In this document: positions 35,701 to 47,472 of the stretch, piece by piece | How positions within the stretch are numbered: position 1 is the stretch's first letter | How the letters are laid out: each line of letters begins with the position of its first letter | DNA from: Amphibalanus amphitrite | Taxonomy: Eukaryota | Reading direction: 5' to 3' | DNA length: 64,000 nt | Assembly: GCF_019059575.1 (NCBI RefSeq) | Contig: NW_024881521.1 | Span: forward strand, 665,297-729,296 | Position numbers and translations under genes: made by a program | The notes under the pieces: model-generated | What the model saw: only the letters and a program-made list of their open reading frames with translations | Told to the model about the DNA's origin: nothing | Databases searched by the model: none

Positions 35701-36018
35701 CGGCTGCGCTCGGCGCGCGAGGCCGAGCTCAAGTACACCGAGGAGAGCAACCAGCTGGAGATCGCGCGTTCCAAGGAGATGGCCAACATCGAGATCGAGA
35801 AGTTCCAGCAGATGGTGTCGGCGATGGGCGCCGAGACGTTGAAGGCCATGGCCACTGCTGGCGGCGACCACCAGGTGCGCATGCTGCAGAGTCTGGGCCT
35901 GCAGTCCACGCTCATCACCGACGGACGCACTCCCATCAGCCTGCTGAACACCGCCCAGGGCCTGGTGGGACTGGGCCAGGCGGCCGGGACCGAGTCGGCC
36001 GTCCAGCGGCCGCGCTAG
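32761..36018 (+). CDS. MVP: Major vault protein (MVP), ~860 aa, two coding exons
   Basis: Exons are 32761..32903 (ATG; donor ACG|GTAAGT) and 33579..36018 (acceptor TCTCCAG|G; stop TAG). Exon 1 ([47 protein letters not shown]) matches the MVP N-terminus. Exon 2 carries the MVP repeats (…GEEWLV…), the shoulder domain and the C-terminal coiled coil. Long stretches are near-identical to vertebrate MVP (KSFFLQPGE…, [35 protein letters not shown]…[10 protein letters not shown]…[22 protein letters not shown]). The ORF-track 'M' at 32707 is TTG. Confidence 0.93.
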
Positions 36019-36478
36019 GCCGCAGAGCGCCGCGCGGCGCCACGCGACTAACTGCCCAGGTGGTCCGCCCGACTAACTGCCCAGGTGGTTGGATTCCTGG
36101 TCAGCCGAGATTTTGCACGGTCTCCTCTGTGATTTTGAATTGAAGACATCCCAGACTGGAAGAGAAGAGATGCCAGTACAAGACGCGTCTCGTACAATTT
36201 TTTGTTTTTGGAAGCGATTTTCCACTGTCTGACGCCTACAACCAGCGAAACCGTGAGCCGTGCCACCAGATTTTTGCCGGGACGAATTACGGTTTAATTT
36301 AATCTTCCAACCGCAGAGTCTAGTCTCGATGTATGAGAGTGGGTAGGTTACCTGTCCTGTGTTTTCCATAGTCACGGGTGACGGCTGGGCTCCTAGCCTC
36401 CTAACAGCACTCACAAGTTCCACTCCACTAGACCTGGCGAGTGCTGCAGGTAGTTTCGCGAGTGCGGCGTACGTTTAA

Positions 36479-37647
36479 CCCGCGCCCCGTAGGGGGGGGG
36501 CCGAAACGGCCCCCCTGTCCTTTTCGGTCGATATCTCCTAAACGGCTGGAGATATCGCCACTAAACTTTCAGGACCCCTCCGGGCATCAATTTTACACAT
36601 TGTGACCAAAAATTTTTCCAGAGGCTGTGGTAGGTTGGCCACAAATGACGTCAGAGTGACGTCATGTTCTGTCATTTTCGACCGAAAAAAGACCTTCGCG
36701 AGAAGACCTGTCAGGCCTACAGCTTTGAAGATACAGAAAAATGATCAAGACATAAAAGGTGTAGAATTGACAGGGCTACAAAACTGCTATCTCGGATTTT
36801 TGAAATTTTTGAGTTTTGATCCCCAAAAATCAAAAAAGCATTTTTTTGGATATATTAGCCAAAAAATCCAAAAAGTTTTTTGAGTTTCGGAAAAACCGGA
36901 ATATATGTGATAGTACCTACCGTCTTCTATCTACATACCAAATTTCAGATCGATACCTCGTTTTTTGGCCAAGTTATAGCGAAAAAACTGTTCAAAAATG
37001 ATGACGTCAAATTTTCAAACTCAATTTTTGGCAATTCTAGAAATCGTAGAGCAAAACAAAGACCACCATTAGACTCCCCGTGACGAGCTGCATCGAATGG
37101 ATACCCATTTTATGCAAAAATATCAACTTTGAAATTTGACCTAATTTGACCTGACCTTGACCTGACCTTCACCAAAACGTGACCTAGGCTGGCCCCAAAG
37201 GCTGCCTAACCCACATAATCGCATTTATCATGTAAAATGGACCATAAAACATGTATCACACGACACATTCATATTGTGACCCCCGGTGACCTGACCTCGC
37301 TGTGACCTGACCTGGTATCAGTGACCTCAGATAGCAAAGTATGTGTTTGACGAACAATATACCATCGATGGTTTTCAACAAATTACCAATTTACTCGATT
37401 TCACAGCACATTTCTTGAATTGCCTGTGAACGGTGAAAATCTGACCTTTGACCTGACCTGTGACGTCATCGGTTTGACCTAGGTCAATGAAATTTGGTCA
37501 CAAGGTAGTTCCCGGGTAGGGCTATCAAACGCCGTTTGAATTTTGAAAATCGGCCGGTAACTTTCCGAGATCTTAGGGGGGGGCCGAAACGGCCCCCCCC
37601 CCCCCCTACGGGTGGTAGGGTCCGCCGGTAGCCCTACGGGGCGCGGG
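36479..37647 (-). mobile_element. ~1.17-kb TTAA-flanked non-autonomous TIR element (piggyBac-like target preference), CCCGCGCC family
   Basis: The termini are TTAA|CCCGCGCCCCGTAGGG…GGCCGAAACGGCCCC (36475…) and …CCCTACGGGGCGCGGG|TTAA (…37651). The interior has GACCTGACC/GGTCAGGTCA palindromic motifs and a TGACGTCA motif. It is the same family as, and inverted relative to, 56300-57476. Confidence 0.7.
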
Positions 37648-38921
37648 TTAAAAGACCGCAGCATTCATTTCAGAGTGCTGCTCGCCAGCTTTCGCCTGTA
37701 AGCACGGGTCCGTTCCAACGGTAGATGATGCCTGGTGACTGTCTGCCTCGCTCGAGCCCCCCAGCTCCCGACCCAGCCTAGGCTCCTGCCGGGGTTCGCT
37801 CGCGTCCATGTGTGCTCTTATCTACTGCCGCTTGCCTCGGAATAGGGTGCTAGGAATACGTGAGTCCCATGTAATCGTCACGTGATAGTTGGTTGCGCAC
37901 TAGGGTGATTTGTCCGTGCCGTGCTGGTTGGTTCGCGTCCGCAGAGTTGGCTGTGGCTGAAGTGCGCTTCTGGCAGGGTGTGCTGCTTTGTAGGCGTACA
38001 GCTCGGCGCCTAATGCCATTATTGTAGTCTTTGTGTCCGCCTTGTGTACTTGTTGTCTTCTAAAGAACATAATACAATATAAAATAGTAAGGGAAATTTA
38101 TAATGCTTGATGAAATGATCAGTACGCCAAGATGGCCTAGAAAACAGAATAGCATTCGGAAATAGAATCTCATTTCAGTTTTGTTTACTTATTCACTATT
38201 CTTACTCCTTAGAACAGCTAGCATGCACATAAAATCAAAACGAGGCTGTTTCTGCTCGTCAACCACACACGGTATCGTACATTGTCGAATGTCAGGCGTC
38301 TCCCGGGCGCTCCAATTTCTGTTTTTGGAATTCGACAACAGACATGCACTAATTCCACTGAAAACGATGCAGTACCGCCAAGCCTCAAATGTCGACCGCA
38401 GAGCTCAACCTGAATCGTTGGATAAAACATGCTACATAGGAGTCGTTTGACGGCTCGTTAGGCTCACCCGGGCAAACTGGTATAATATGTCCTGGACGGC
38501 GCATTTGCCTCTGAGGACAACATGGTGCATGTAACATAATGCCACTGTCGCCAGTGCCGAGCTGAGCCAGCCTGGGTGATATAACCGGTCGGTCACTGCC
38601 CTATTTAGAGTTCGACACATCATCAAACGCGAAGAGCTGCTCTCTGTCAGATACCTTACCTCTGGACCGTTTACAGCTGACTTCAGTCACAGTACTAACC
38701 CTAACATCGTACATAATAGTAGTACATATACCTAGAAGTGAGTTAGACTCAATCACTGTACCAGCTATCACTTGTCTTCAATGCCACGTCACGCTCCCAT
38801 CGTATCTGTGATCACGACTTGACCTGTGTCCGTGTCACATGATCAGTGTCACGGTGTCACCTGCCCTGACCTGTACACGGTGTTTCCTGACCTTTGACCG
38901 TGTCACCTAACCTGACCTGTG

Positions 38922-41900
38922 TCACAGTGTGACCTGACACCGGTCGAAGGTGGCCACACAGTCGGCTCCGCGCCGTCCCTGCCTCATGGCCAGCAGATGG
39001 TCGGAGGGAGACGCCTCAGGCAGCAGCAGTGACAGCAGCAGGCCGCCCGTATACGTCAGCGCTGAGTGCAGTGCTGACTGCGAGCGGGCCTTCTGATTCA
39101 GCTCACACAGCAGACGGCGACCGCACTGCGAGCCCGCCTCCCTGCGGACAGAACGGTAACTAGTGGTTCATCGAATGACCGCTAGGTGGACAAATACGGT
39201 ACCGCTTCTCGCTGCTAGAAATATACACAAATCGAGCTGTTTCAAGATAATTGCTGGCATGCTATGGTTAAAATTAAATCACCTCTCTATGGGCTCCCTT
39301 GACCCTCCCCTTCCCCGCCCCGGCACAAGATGCAACTACCGAAACCGTGCTCCTCTCGGTAAGCCCCTCGTCTCTCGCTGCCCTCACCCATCCCACTCAC
39401 CCATGCATCCACACTGTGATCATGTTGAGGCCGATCTCCAGCAGACTGTTGATGTACTCGCCGATGATTCCCGGCCCGGGGAGCAGCACCTCCCGGCCTG
39501 CCGACGCTTCCTCATCTTCCAACTCCGCCAGGAGTCTGTCCCAGCGGTCCGGCGGTGTCGCCCATCGCAGCAGCTCGGGACCCAGCAGACGGCCCCAGAG
39601 ACCGCCGGCGGACCGGCCGCCCCCGCCGCCCGCCAGAGCGTCGTTGATGGCGTCGAAAAGGAGGACTCCCAGCGCGAGCACCGCTAGCGTGACCAGCGAG
39701 TTACCGGCGCCAGTTATTCTGTGGGTCAGGTTTCAGTCTGTCAGCGAAGGAGCGCCGATCGCCGATCATCGTCTTGTGAAGTTCATCGAGCTACAGGGTG
39801 TCCCATAAGTTCGTTCTCACATTATGTTTGCATGTGAAACAGAGTACATTGCGTTTTAATATATTTATGACCCCTCAATGTGCTCCCCATTTAATTGGCA
39901 AACACATGAATACATGCTGCGGCATGCCAAACGGCATGTTTGGCTGCATAGCAGGCTTAAAGTTAACCCAGACTGACTTGACATGCGCCGTGAGCTCCTC
40001 GAGGCTGGAACAGCGCTACGCTTCGACGAGCCTCAATTTCAGCATAACCAACAAATTTTTATGAAATTTTGATCCAATGAGGTGCCTGGCATGTGATCTT
40101 GCCACAAACGCCTGTCACAGTCTCCTTGCACCGCTTTTAAGCTTTGCTTGACCTGTGCACTGATGCACTGTCTTGCCTGAAGATGGGCCTACGACCTCCC
40201 GGATGCCATTTTCTCCTCTATAAATATGTTCATACTCGCGGTTCGAGTTCAGCTTGAGGGCTGAAACTCCTCCTAGATGTTCTTGGAAAAACATTCTGTT
40301 TCTCAAAACTGTTTCTGGGTTGCCACTTGCAACTTGGTCAACTCCAGAACGCCTATAACCCCACAACACACTAACACAGTGACCTGGCCTTTTGCATAGG
40401 AACATAACGGGACGAAACGGAGGCCTCCTCCTCCGCCCTTATGGGGTTGTATTCGGGTTTGGACGGGTGTTTCATCTCGAACGTGGACTAGTTAGTCCTG
40501 ATGACCTGGTTGATGTCATCAGCCCTCTGTTTTGTTTAGCCTCAGACATAACGAAACTCATGTTTGGCCATTTTAAGACGTTTTTGACTGTTTTGTGCCC
40601 TCCGTTAAGCAAAGCTTAAGTCACCTTGAGTTATGTACCCCGAAAGAACACTCTTAGACAGCTGGTAATCCATCCTGAAAAGTCTGCTTACCAACTTTGT
40701 AACCCTTTGACCTTTTTGATGCCACTTTGGCGCCACACAGTTTTGGCCACTTGGCTCACTCCTGAGGGCTGACTGGAAAGAGGATAAACTTGTAGTGACT
40801 GACTCCCGACAAATCATCGGCGTCACTTGCTGACTGTGCGTCCAGTTAGCGATGGGCATTGGCTACAGACTGGTAGGCCTCAATCACCCTCAATCGTCGC
40901 GAATGGTCACGTGCTGACTAAATACTGAGACGTACCCGTATCGGAGACCTCTATGTTGCGGCGTTAGCCGTCTCTGTAGGAAGCGGGCTCTATAGTAAAA
41001 ACTATTTTGTCTACAGAAATTAGCTAATGTGGAGCATATTTCTACCAGCCATGGCAACCACGTAAGCTCAGTTACGAACCAATTTCAGCGTGCCTTTAAG
41101 CAAGAGAGCCTAAAAACGTAAAATTTAGGTGAGAACGAACTTATGGGACACCCTGTATATTGGGCAAGGCCCTTGTAAAAAGCGACTATTCTGCTGGCAG
41201 GAGTTATAGTGAAAGCTATTTTTTTAGACAAATCACCCGCTACAAGGCGTCATGACTTAACTAAGCATGTTCTACGGACAGTCTTAAGCAGGCGAGCTCA
41301 GGTTCAGCCTACCTACCTCATTTGCGAGTCCAGCCTCTGTGACAGCTTCTGTCGGACCAGCTGGATGCGAGCGCTGATGTCTTCCAGTCGCTCCGTCAGC
41401 TCGGAGCTGGGTGGTTCAGTGGGGAGCTGTCCAGGGGCCGTCTCACGGCCTCCCCCGCTGCCGGCGGGATTTGGACCGGGCTCTGGCCATGGCTCTGTCT
41501 GAGGATGGATCTCCGGGGGCTCCGTCTGAAGATGGGGCTCTGGGTGGTGTTCCGGCCACTCCTGGAGCTCTGAGTGTTCATTTGGAGGATCGGACTCCGA
41601 CTGGAGCTCCAGGTCGACTCCTGGTCGGCGGTCTATCGGAGTTTCTGGTCGCTCTGTCTGATGCTCCGGGTGCTCCGTCTGAACGTGAAGCTCCGAGTGC
41701 TCCGAGTGCTCTGACCAGTGCTCCGTCTGAAGGCAGTGCTCCGGGTGCTTCGTTTGGTAATTTACCCCGGCGCTCGCCTCCGTGGGTACGGTGACCTCTG
41801 AAACCATTGTGGTCCTCTCTACCTGACCCTCCACGCCTGGCTCAACAGTGCTCGGCGGTTGGCCGGTGGTGACAGAGACAGGCGGCCTCCAGACTGGCCA

Positions 41901-42203
41901 GGCCGTGTGGGAGCGAAGGAGACTGGTCACAACCTGAACCTCTCCGGGAGAATGCAGGCTGCTCGAACCAGGCTTAGAAGGGCTAGATGTTGTTACCGGG
42001 CTAGATCTGGTAGAAGTTGGGTCCTCCGGTCGGAATTTGCTGATTCTGCTGATTCGGAGTGGAGCTCTTCTGAGCCGCACCAGCCGTTGAACGTCACCAC
42101 TTTGAGCACTGACCGTCCCGGCCTCAGCCAGCAGTCCTCCCAGCACTGCTGCCATCAGCAGCACACGAGTCAGCTCCGACATCGACATGATGTTCACTGG
42201 CAC
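38922..42203 (-). CDS. Three-exon gene for a predicted type I membrane protein (~474 aa): signal peptide, His/Glu/Pro-rich repeat ectodomain, one TM helix, cytoplasmic tail
   Basis: Exon 1 is 41317..42203 (ATG; signal MSMSELTRVLLMAAVLGGLLAEAG; repeats EHSEHSELHVQTEHPEHQTERPETP; donor GAG|GTAGGT). Exon 2 is 39401..39718 (acceptor CCCACAG|A; TM LVTLAVLALGVLLF; donor CATGG|GTGAGT). Exon 3 is 38922..39141 (acceptor TGTCCGCAG|G; stop TGA). Both junctions are phase-consistent (AG+A = Arg; GG+G = Gly). The 1.6-kb intron contains a Tc1/mariner-type MITE. Confidence 0.45.
39794..41155. mobile_element. ~1.36-kb TA-flanked MITE with a perfect 27-bp TIR (CAGGGTGTCCCATAAGTTCGTTCTCAC); Tc1/mariner-type
   Basis: The flanks are TA|CAGGGTG…CACCCTG|TA (TA at 39792-93 and 41156-57). 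It has no intact transposase ORF and sits in the intron of the 38922-42203 gene. Confidence 0.65.
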
Positions 42204-44289
42204 TGACGCGGTGTGACGCCGAGCGCCGCTCTACCGACCAGTGCAGCGGCAGGCACGACCGCACGGTGATCTACCTAATCGGGTCTGACCGCCGTCCGAC
42301 CGCATCCGACCGCGACCCAGTCATCCAGTGATCAATGTCCGACCGCCAACCGGTCCCCGTCTACCTACAGCACAGACACAGGTGACGAATTATGGACCAC
42401 CTTCCACAACAGATCACTGACTCTCCCGCGCACCGAAACACACAAACAAACCCAGAAACCGGCTGCAGCTTAAACCGTCCTCGATCGGCTCAGGTAAGCC
42501 GAATTCTCGTGCACTGATCTACCGGTCGAGAGGTCAATGCTCGGTGATATGTCTTCTAGATTCGCTGAATCGGTCGCCACTGAGCACAGTCACTATTCAA
42601 CTCTCTCCCCAGCCCGTTGTCAACCGCTTCACGCTATCTCCGTCAGTTCGCTCAGCTGCCACCAACCACACTCGGCGACCGAGCTCTCCGACGATTCGGC
42701 GCCATTCAGCGCTGCCTCTACCAGCACTCTGAGCCAAGCACCATCCGGAGCAGACCGGAGCAGCCGCCGAGCGCCGTGACGCTCCGTGCCCCCGCCCCCG
42801 GCTCCCGGAGCGTCACGGATGGGTCATGGCCCGCGTCACGGCCGTCACGACGTCACGGTGTGGGTTACCGCTGTGCTGGATTCGCGAGAAGGGACTGCAG
42901 AATGCATAATGAGGTGACAAAAGTTCGTATGCCTTTTCGCACATTAATAGCTGCATTTTTGAACCAAGCGTTGTACGGTACACGCTGCACAGCGCACACT
43001 GCGTTAGGTAACGAGCCCTTTCCCCATGGACCCCACTTATAAACGGGTACTCGATACCAATTGATACATGCTATATGGCAGCTACATATAAGCCATCGGC
43101 TGTTGTAAATGGCATACCCTAACCTCGAGGAAATACTATTATTCGAAGTGTCCTGACTGCCTATACGGATTGAATGCAGCGTCGGAGCTTCCACCGGCCC
43201 AGACGACCACGTACCGTTTGATCTCAGAAGCTCACCGCCTCCGCACATGATCCCTAATTAATTACGCCTAACTAGCCATAAACCACTCCCTTCGGCGCGG
43301 TGTCGACTGCGGCTCGGTCACGGTAGCGCCGCCAGTGCGCCACATACGCCGCCGATGCGCAGCAGTCCCGTCTTCACGGCGGACGGCGGAGCATGACGGC
43401 CGCCGGTCCCGAGCGGAAAGGTAACGGGACGGGTGTCAGGAGCGGCATATCGTGGGCGCCACGGGACACGATAGAGGAGCGCAGGGCGCGGCCGGGGTAC
43501 CGAAATCAAGGTACGGTGAGAAGAAGCCGAAATATATGAGCAGTGACGGAAGTGCCACCGGTCGTGGCAACTGGCACAGAGACCGTATGACGTGATGGTT
43601 GGGTCGTGCATAAACATAACCGTGCTAGCTGGATGTAACACGGAACCGCGTGCATCAGAAATGATCGGATGTCGTGTTCCGTCGACCATCTGCTGTGGAA
43701 ATGTTCAGATGTGCATTCATGGCATTAGTAGGTAGTGCATCTCTGGCGGATGCCATCTGTTCTAAATTCTGGCTGTGCTGTCGGTCGTGGTTACGCTGTT
43801 CTCCCGTGGTGGTGAGTGTGCACCGTTTCACTGTTCCAGTGCATTTCAATGACGAATGGGACGCGCTCAGACAGACCCAGTTCGTCTGTCATGCATATCG
43901 TATGGAGACAGACGGGGATTGACCCAACAATCAACATATTATCGGGCTGACTGGAAAAGAGGTCACAAAGGCAACGAGTGGCTGATCAGAGGAACCCAAG
44001 CATGAAACTGTCATGTGTACCTATTGTGTAGGCATCTTGTGTATCGTATCATTTCAAACCGTCAAGTGAATTATGCACGATACCCGATAATGATTATTTC
44101 GCAACGTAGGTTCAGTATTAAGATATTTGCAAACGCTCTACGAGTACGTACCTTTTAAGCTATACCTATATGTATATGAAGAGCAAAAAAATTGAGATGC
44201 TACATCACTGAATTTTTTTACGATCCAGAAAACGTTGCAAGGCCTGATATGCAAACAATCCTAACCGTTTTAACAACTTTTTCAAAGGA

Positions 44290-44700
44290 TGTTTAGATAA
44301 GTATTAAATGTGTGAAGGGGTAAGGGGCGTAATACGGCTTTTAACGTTTAAGCGGCTACAATATCTACGATTATAGGTACGGCTAATACTATCAGGTGCA
44401 TTAAACGTCTAAAAAATGTTTGAACGGCTTATAACTTAAGTTTTCAATTAGACGTTAAAACGACCATTTGATGTTAAAGAGACGTATTAATTTTTGTGAG
44501 TACTGACAATGATAGATAGGCGGCTAGTTAGCATTTAAACCGCTTTTAATCATTTTCACGGCCTAAATATATTTAAACGGCTAGAAGACCTTTAAAGGGC
44601 AACTCAAATCAACGTTTAAACGACCTTTAGACGTTTTAATGTCTAGTAAAACGTTTAAACGGCTAAAAGACGTCTCACAATTTCTAATCGTATTTAGAAG
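44290..44700. repeat. Cluster of ~10 degenerate copies of an ACGTTTAAACGGCT-like 14-mer
   Basis: A direct read shows repeats such as aacgtttaagcggct, gtttaaacggct, gcatttaaaccgct, caacgtttaaacgacc and aaacgtttaaacggct within an AT-rich stretch. Confidence 0.4.
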
Positions 44701-46775
44701 TCCGTCGAGTGGTAAGTGGTAACGCAAAACGGTTTTGTCTTCATTAGACAGAAAAATGCTTTTTTGAAACTAGCTACTCATCTGTCATGGTAACTAACGT
44801 TTAAATAACTAGCTTTCGGAAATCGGAATATTGATCAAATAATCTTAACGTCCACCCAGACGTTTCAAACTTCTACCAAGGATTACGTGTAATATTTCCT
44901 ATATATTTTGTGCTTCCAAATCGTCTAGTTAGTCGCACACGAAAGTCAGGAGTGCCGCGCACGGTGAGAAGAGCCACCCACCCTCTCTCAATCGGTCACT
45001 TCGGAGGAAAAGAGTCCCATTGAAATTGTTCTCTGTCGGGTGTCCCGCTGGGACGATTGTCAGCCGACTGCCAAGAGCGATTTGCTGGTTCTTAGCATGA
45101 AGATTGAGGATGGCATCGCTTAGAAGCGGCCAGTCAATGCACAGGAACTGACGTCTCTTTCCTGGTAGACTGTTCCGCACTACACGCGTGATTGCGGCGC
45201 AGCATGATCCCTATATCGCACGGATGCCGAACAATCTACAAAACAAATAGCTGTTTAGAGCGAAAAGTCCAATAACTTATGCAATTGATCGCTTGGCTGT
45301 TTCTGGGCATACCATGTGACTCTCGGCTGTTGGGTACTGCTGAGCGTCACCTGTGTGGTCCGGGCCATATATGAGTATGCACCTATGCATAGTGTCTGAA
45401 GCACCATTCTTCGTTCTCAGAGCAGAGGGCGCTGGCCGTTGGACCTGGACGTTCTCCAACCTTTGTGCAGCAGATGGCGCTATAGATACCTACTCAGTTC
45501 AGAGCTGGACGCGTTTGCCTTGGTTGTATTCACCAGCCACCATTGGAGGTGGTAGTCTGGTAGGTGGCATTGGTTGCCACCCTTTCTCAGACAGCCGTGA
45601 CATGGAGACAGGAGACCCATGCTTTAGGATCACTTACGTATATTGCCTAAAGAAGTGACCATTTCAGTCACCGTTCCGTGCTTTTATCCTCAGGATACTG
45701 AAATCCTTCTCCTCCACGCCGCAACCCCTCTCCGGGCTGGACAGGCAACTTTATCTCATGCGGGCTGCTCCCTTGGAGCGGCACCGCTGCTCCCGAGGGA
45801 GCGCACCCCGTAGCCGGGTGCAGTGAGTGCCTTGGGGCTGGGTGGCCTGTCCTCTGGACGGGCTCAGCCCCGGCGACTCACTAGGGTGCCTGCCCAGACC
45901 AATGTCTCCCCCTTTATCCTATCATCCTCCCGGCTCTGAAATGGTCCCATTGGACCGAAAGGGCCTAACCCAACAAAACAAAAAGAAAACAAACAAAACC
46001 ATTTCAGAGCCGAACGATGATAACAGGGACGTAGCAAGGGGGGCACGGGGGCCATGGCTCCCTCCCCTTGTAGGCAAAAAATGATACAAAATTAAATAAA
46101 AGATAATAAATAAAAACAGCTGCACCACACATCCAAAAATAGTGGGCCGAATCCGAGAAGCTTTCCTTTTTTGGAGGGGTACGACACTAGGCCGCGACCT
46201 GTGGCCCCTCCCTAAGCAAAATACTGGCTTCGTGCCTGGATGATAAAGCCAAGAGCGACATCACAAAGAAACGTTACCGATCAGTGGGTGACCGCGGCTC
46301 AGCCGTGTCCCGAGGACGAGGGCGAGCCTCTAAATACAGGCAATCTATTTTTAGGTGGGATCTTATACGTGGGCATGCCTACTTGCATTTAATTCTGAAA
46401 GAGAAAAGTTTTAAAATAACAATTTTTTTTTTCAGATCAAATTTAATCTCACTGTAAGAAACGGTGTTGACTATTAATCGATGAATGTCGCCCCATTCAT
46501 ACGCAAAACATTTGGTCATTTCACTATATACCCGCATGCACCGCAGCAAAACGACAAACGAGCACAGACCAATGGTCAACCAACTTGCATGCAGCATCTC
46601 TAAACATCACGGAACGAAACACCCACACGCAAAAATACACGAACATAGCTATGGAATAATAACAATATAACCAGTAAAACGCCTTTTGGGCGAAGAACGA
46701 GCGAGCGAGATAGTGAGCCCTGCACGTGCGGAAGGGCGAGAGGGTGCTTCCAACGGGCTTGCGCAAAGCACCCTT

Positions 46776-46990
46776 CTAACTGGTCGCTAGCGGTGTGCCA
46801 AATTTGAACGCAATCGGCCCAGCCGTTCCTGAGATCTGGAAGCGGCATTCTGCACGTGCGCACGTGCAAACGGGGTCCAAAATGACTTTTGCACGGCACC
46901 CTACTAACTGGTCCCCAACCGTGTACCAAATTTGAGCGCAATCGGCCCAGCCGTTCTCGAGATCTGGAAACGCCCCCTGCACGTGCGCAC
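46776..46990. repeat. Tandem duplication of a ~110-bp module (…AACTGGTC…CCAAATTTGA(A/G)CGCAATCGGCCCAGCCGTTC…GAGATCTGGAA…GCACGTGCGCACGTGCA), with further diverged copies to ~47440
   Basis: Direct read. The ORF 46600..47160 spanning it is not credible coding. Confidence 0.6.
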
Positions 46991-47445
46991 GTGCAGTACC
47001 ACCCTAATCGCAACACATGGGAATGCATTGCCTGGTGGGTGCCTACCTGTATGCCAAGTTTCAGCGAAATCGCCCCAGTAATTACCGAGTTACTGAAATG
47101 GGAACAAATTTGGCACCTCTTATTGTTGTATTTTGCACGTGCACTGGGGGTGACCCACATGCATCGAGACTATCCTATTTTGGGTAGAAGGGATGCTGCT
47201 ACCCTACAAAAATTACCGCAAGTCAATCGCCCAAGCGGCTGCTGAGATATGAGCCTCTCAAAATCACTAATTTTGCAAAACAGCTTGAACACCCTTGACT
47301 TTTCACGTGGCACGTGCCACGACGGTCACTGAGATGTATCAAAAGTAGTCAATTACGGGGTAGAAGGGATGGGGCTACCCAACAAAAAAGACCGCAGGCC
47401 AATCGGTCCAGCGGTTGCTGAGATATAAGCCTCTCAAAAGCGTTA

Positions 47446-47472
47446 CAGGCCGGGCCGGGCCGGGCCGGGCCG
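47446..47472. repeat. (GGGCC)5 microsatellite
   Basis: Direct read. Confidence 0.8.

Noticed and set aside
39163-39808. Plus-strand ORFs 39163..39687 and 39299..39808
   Set aside because: They are antisense to the well-supported minus-strand exon 39401..39718 (splice signals and TM helix on the minus strand). The GC-rich antisense frames are open by chance.
41313-41318. TAG stop ending ORF 41313..42203
   Set aside because: The TAG overlaps a consensus donor (GAG|GTAGGT). The downstream exon 39401..39718 continues in frame, so I modelled it as spliced rather than terminated. The unspliced alternative remains possible.
46600-47160. 186-aa ORF (minus) inside the inverted-duplication unit
   Set aside because: It spans tandemly repeated non-coding modules and has Cys/Trp-rich low-complexity composition. 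It is not credible coding.
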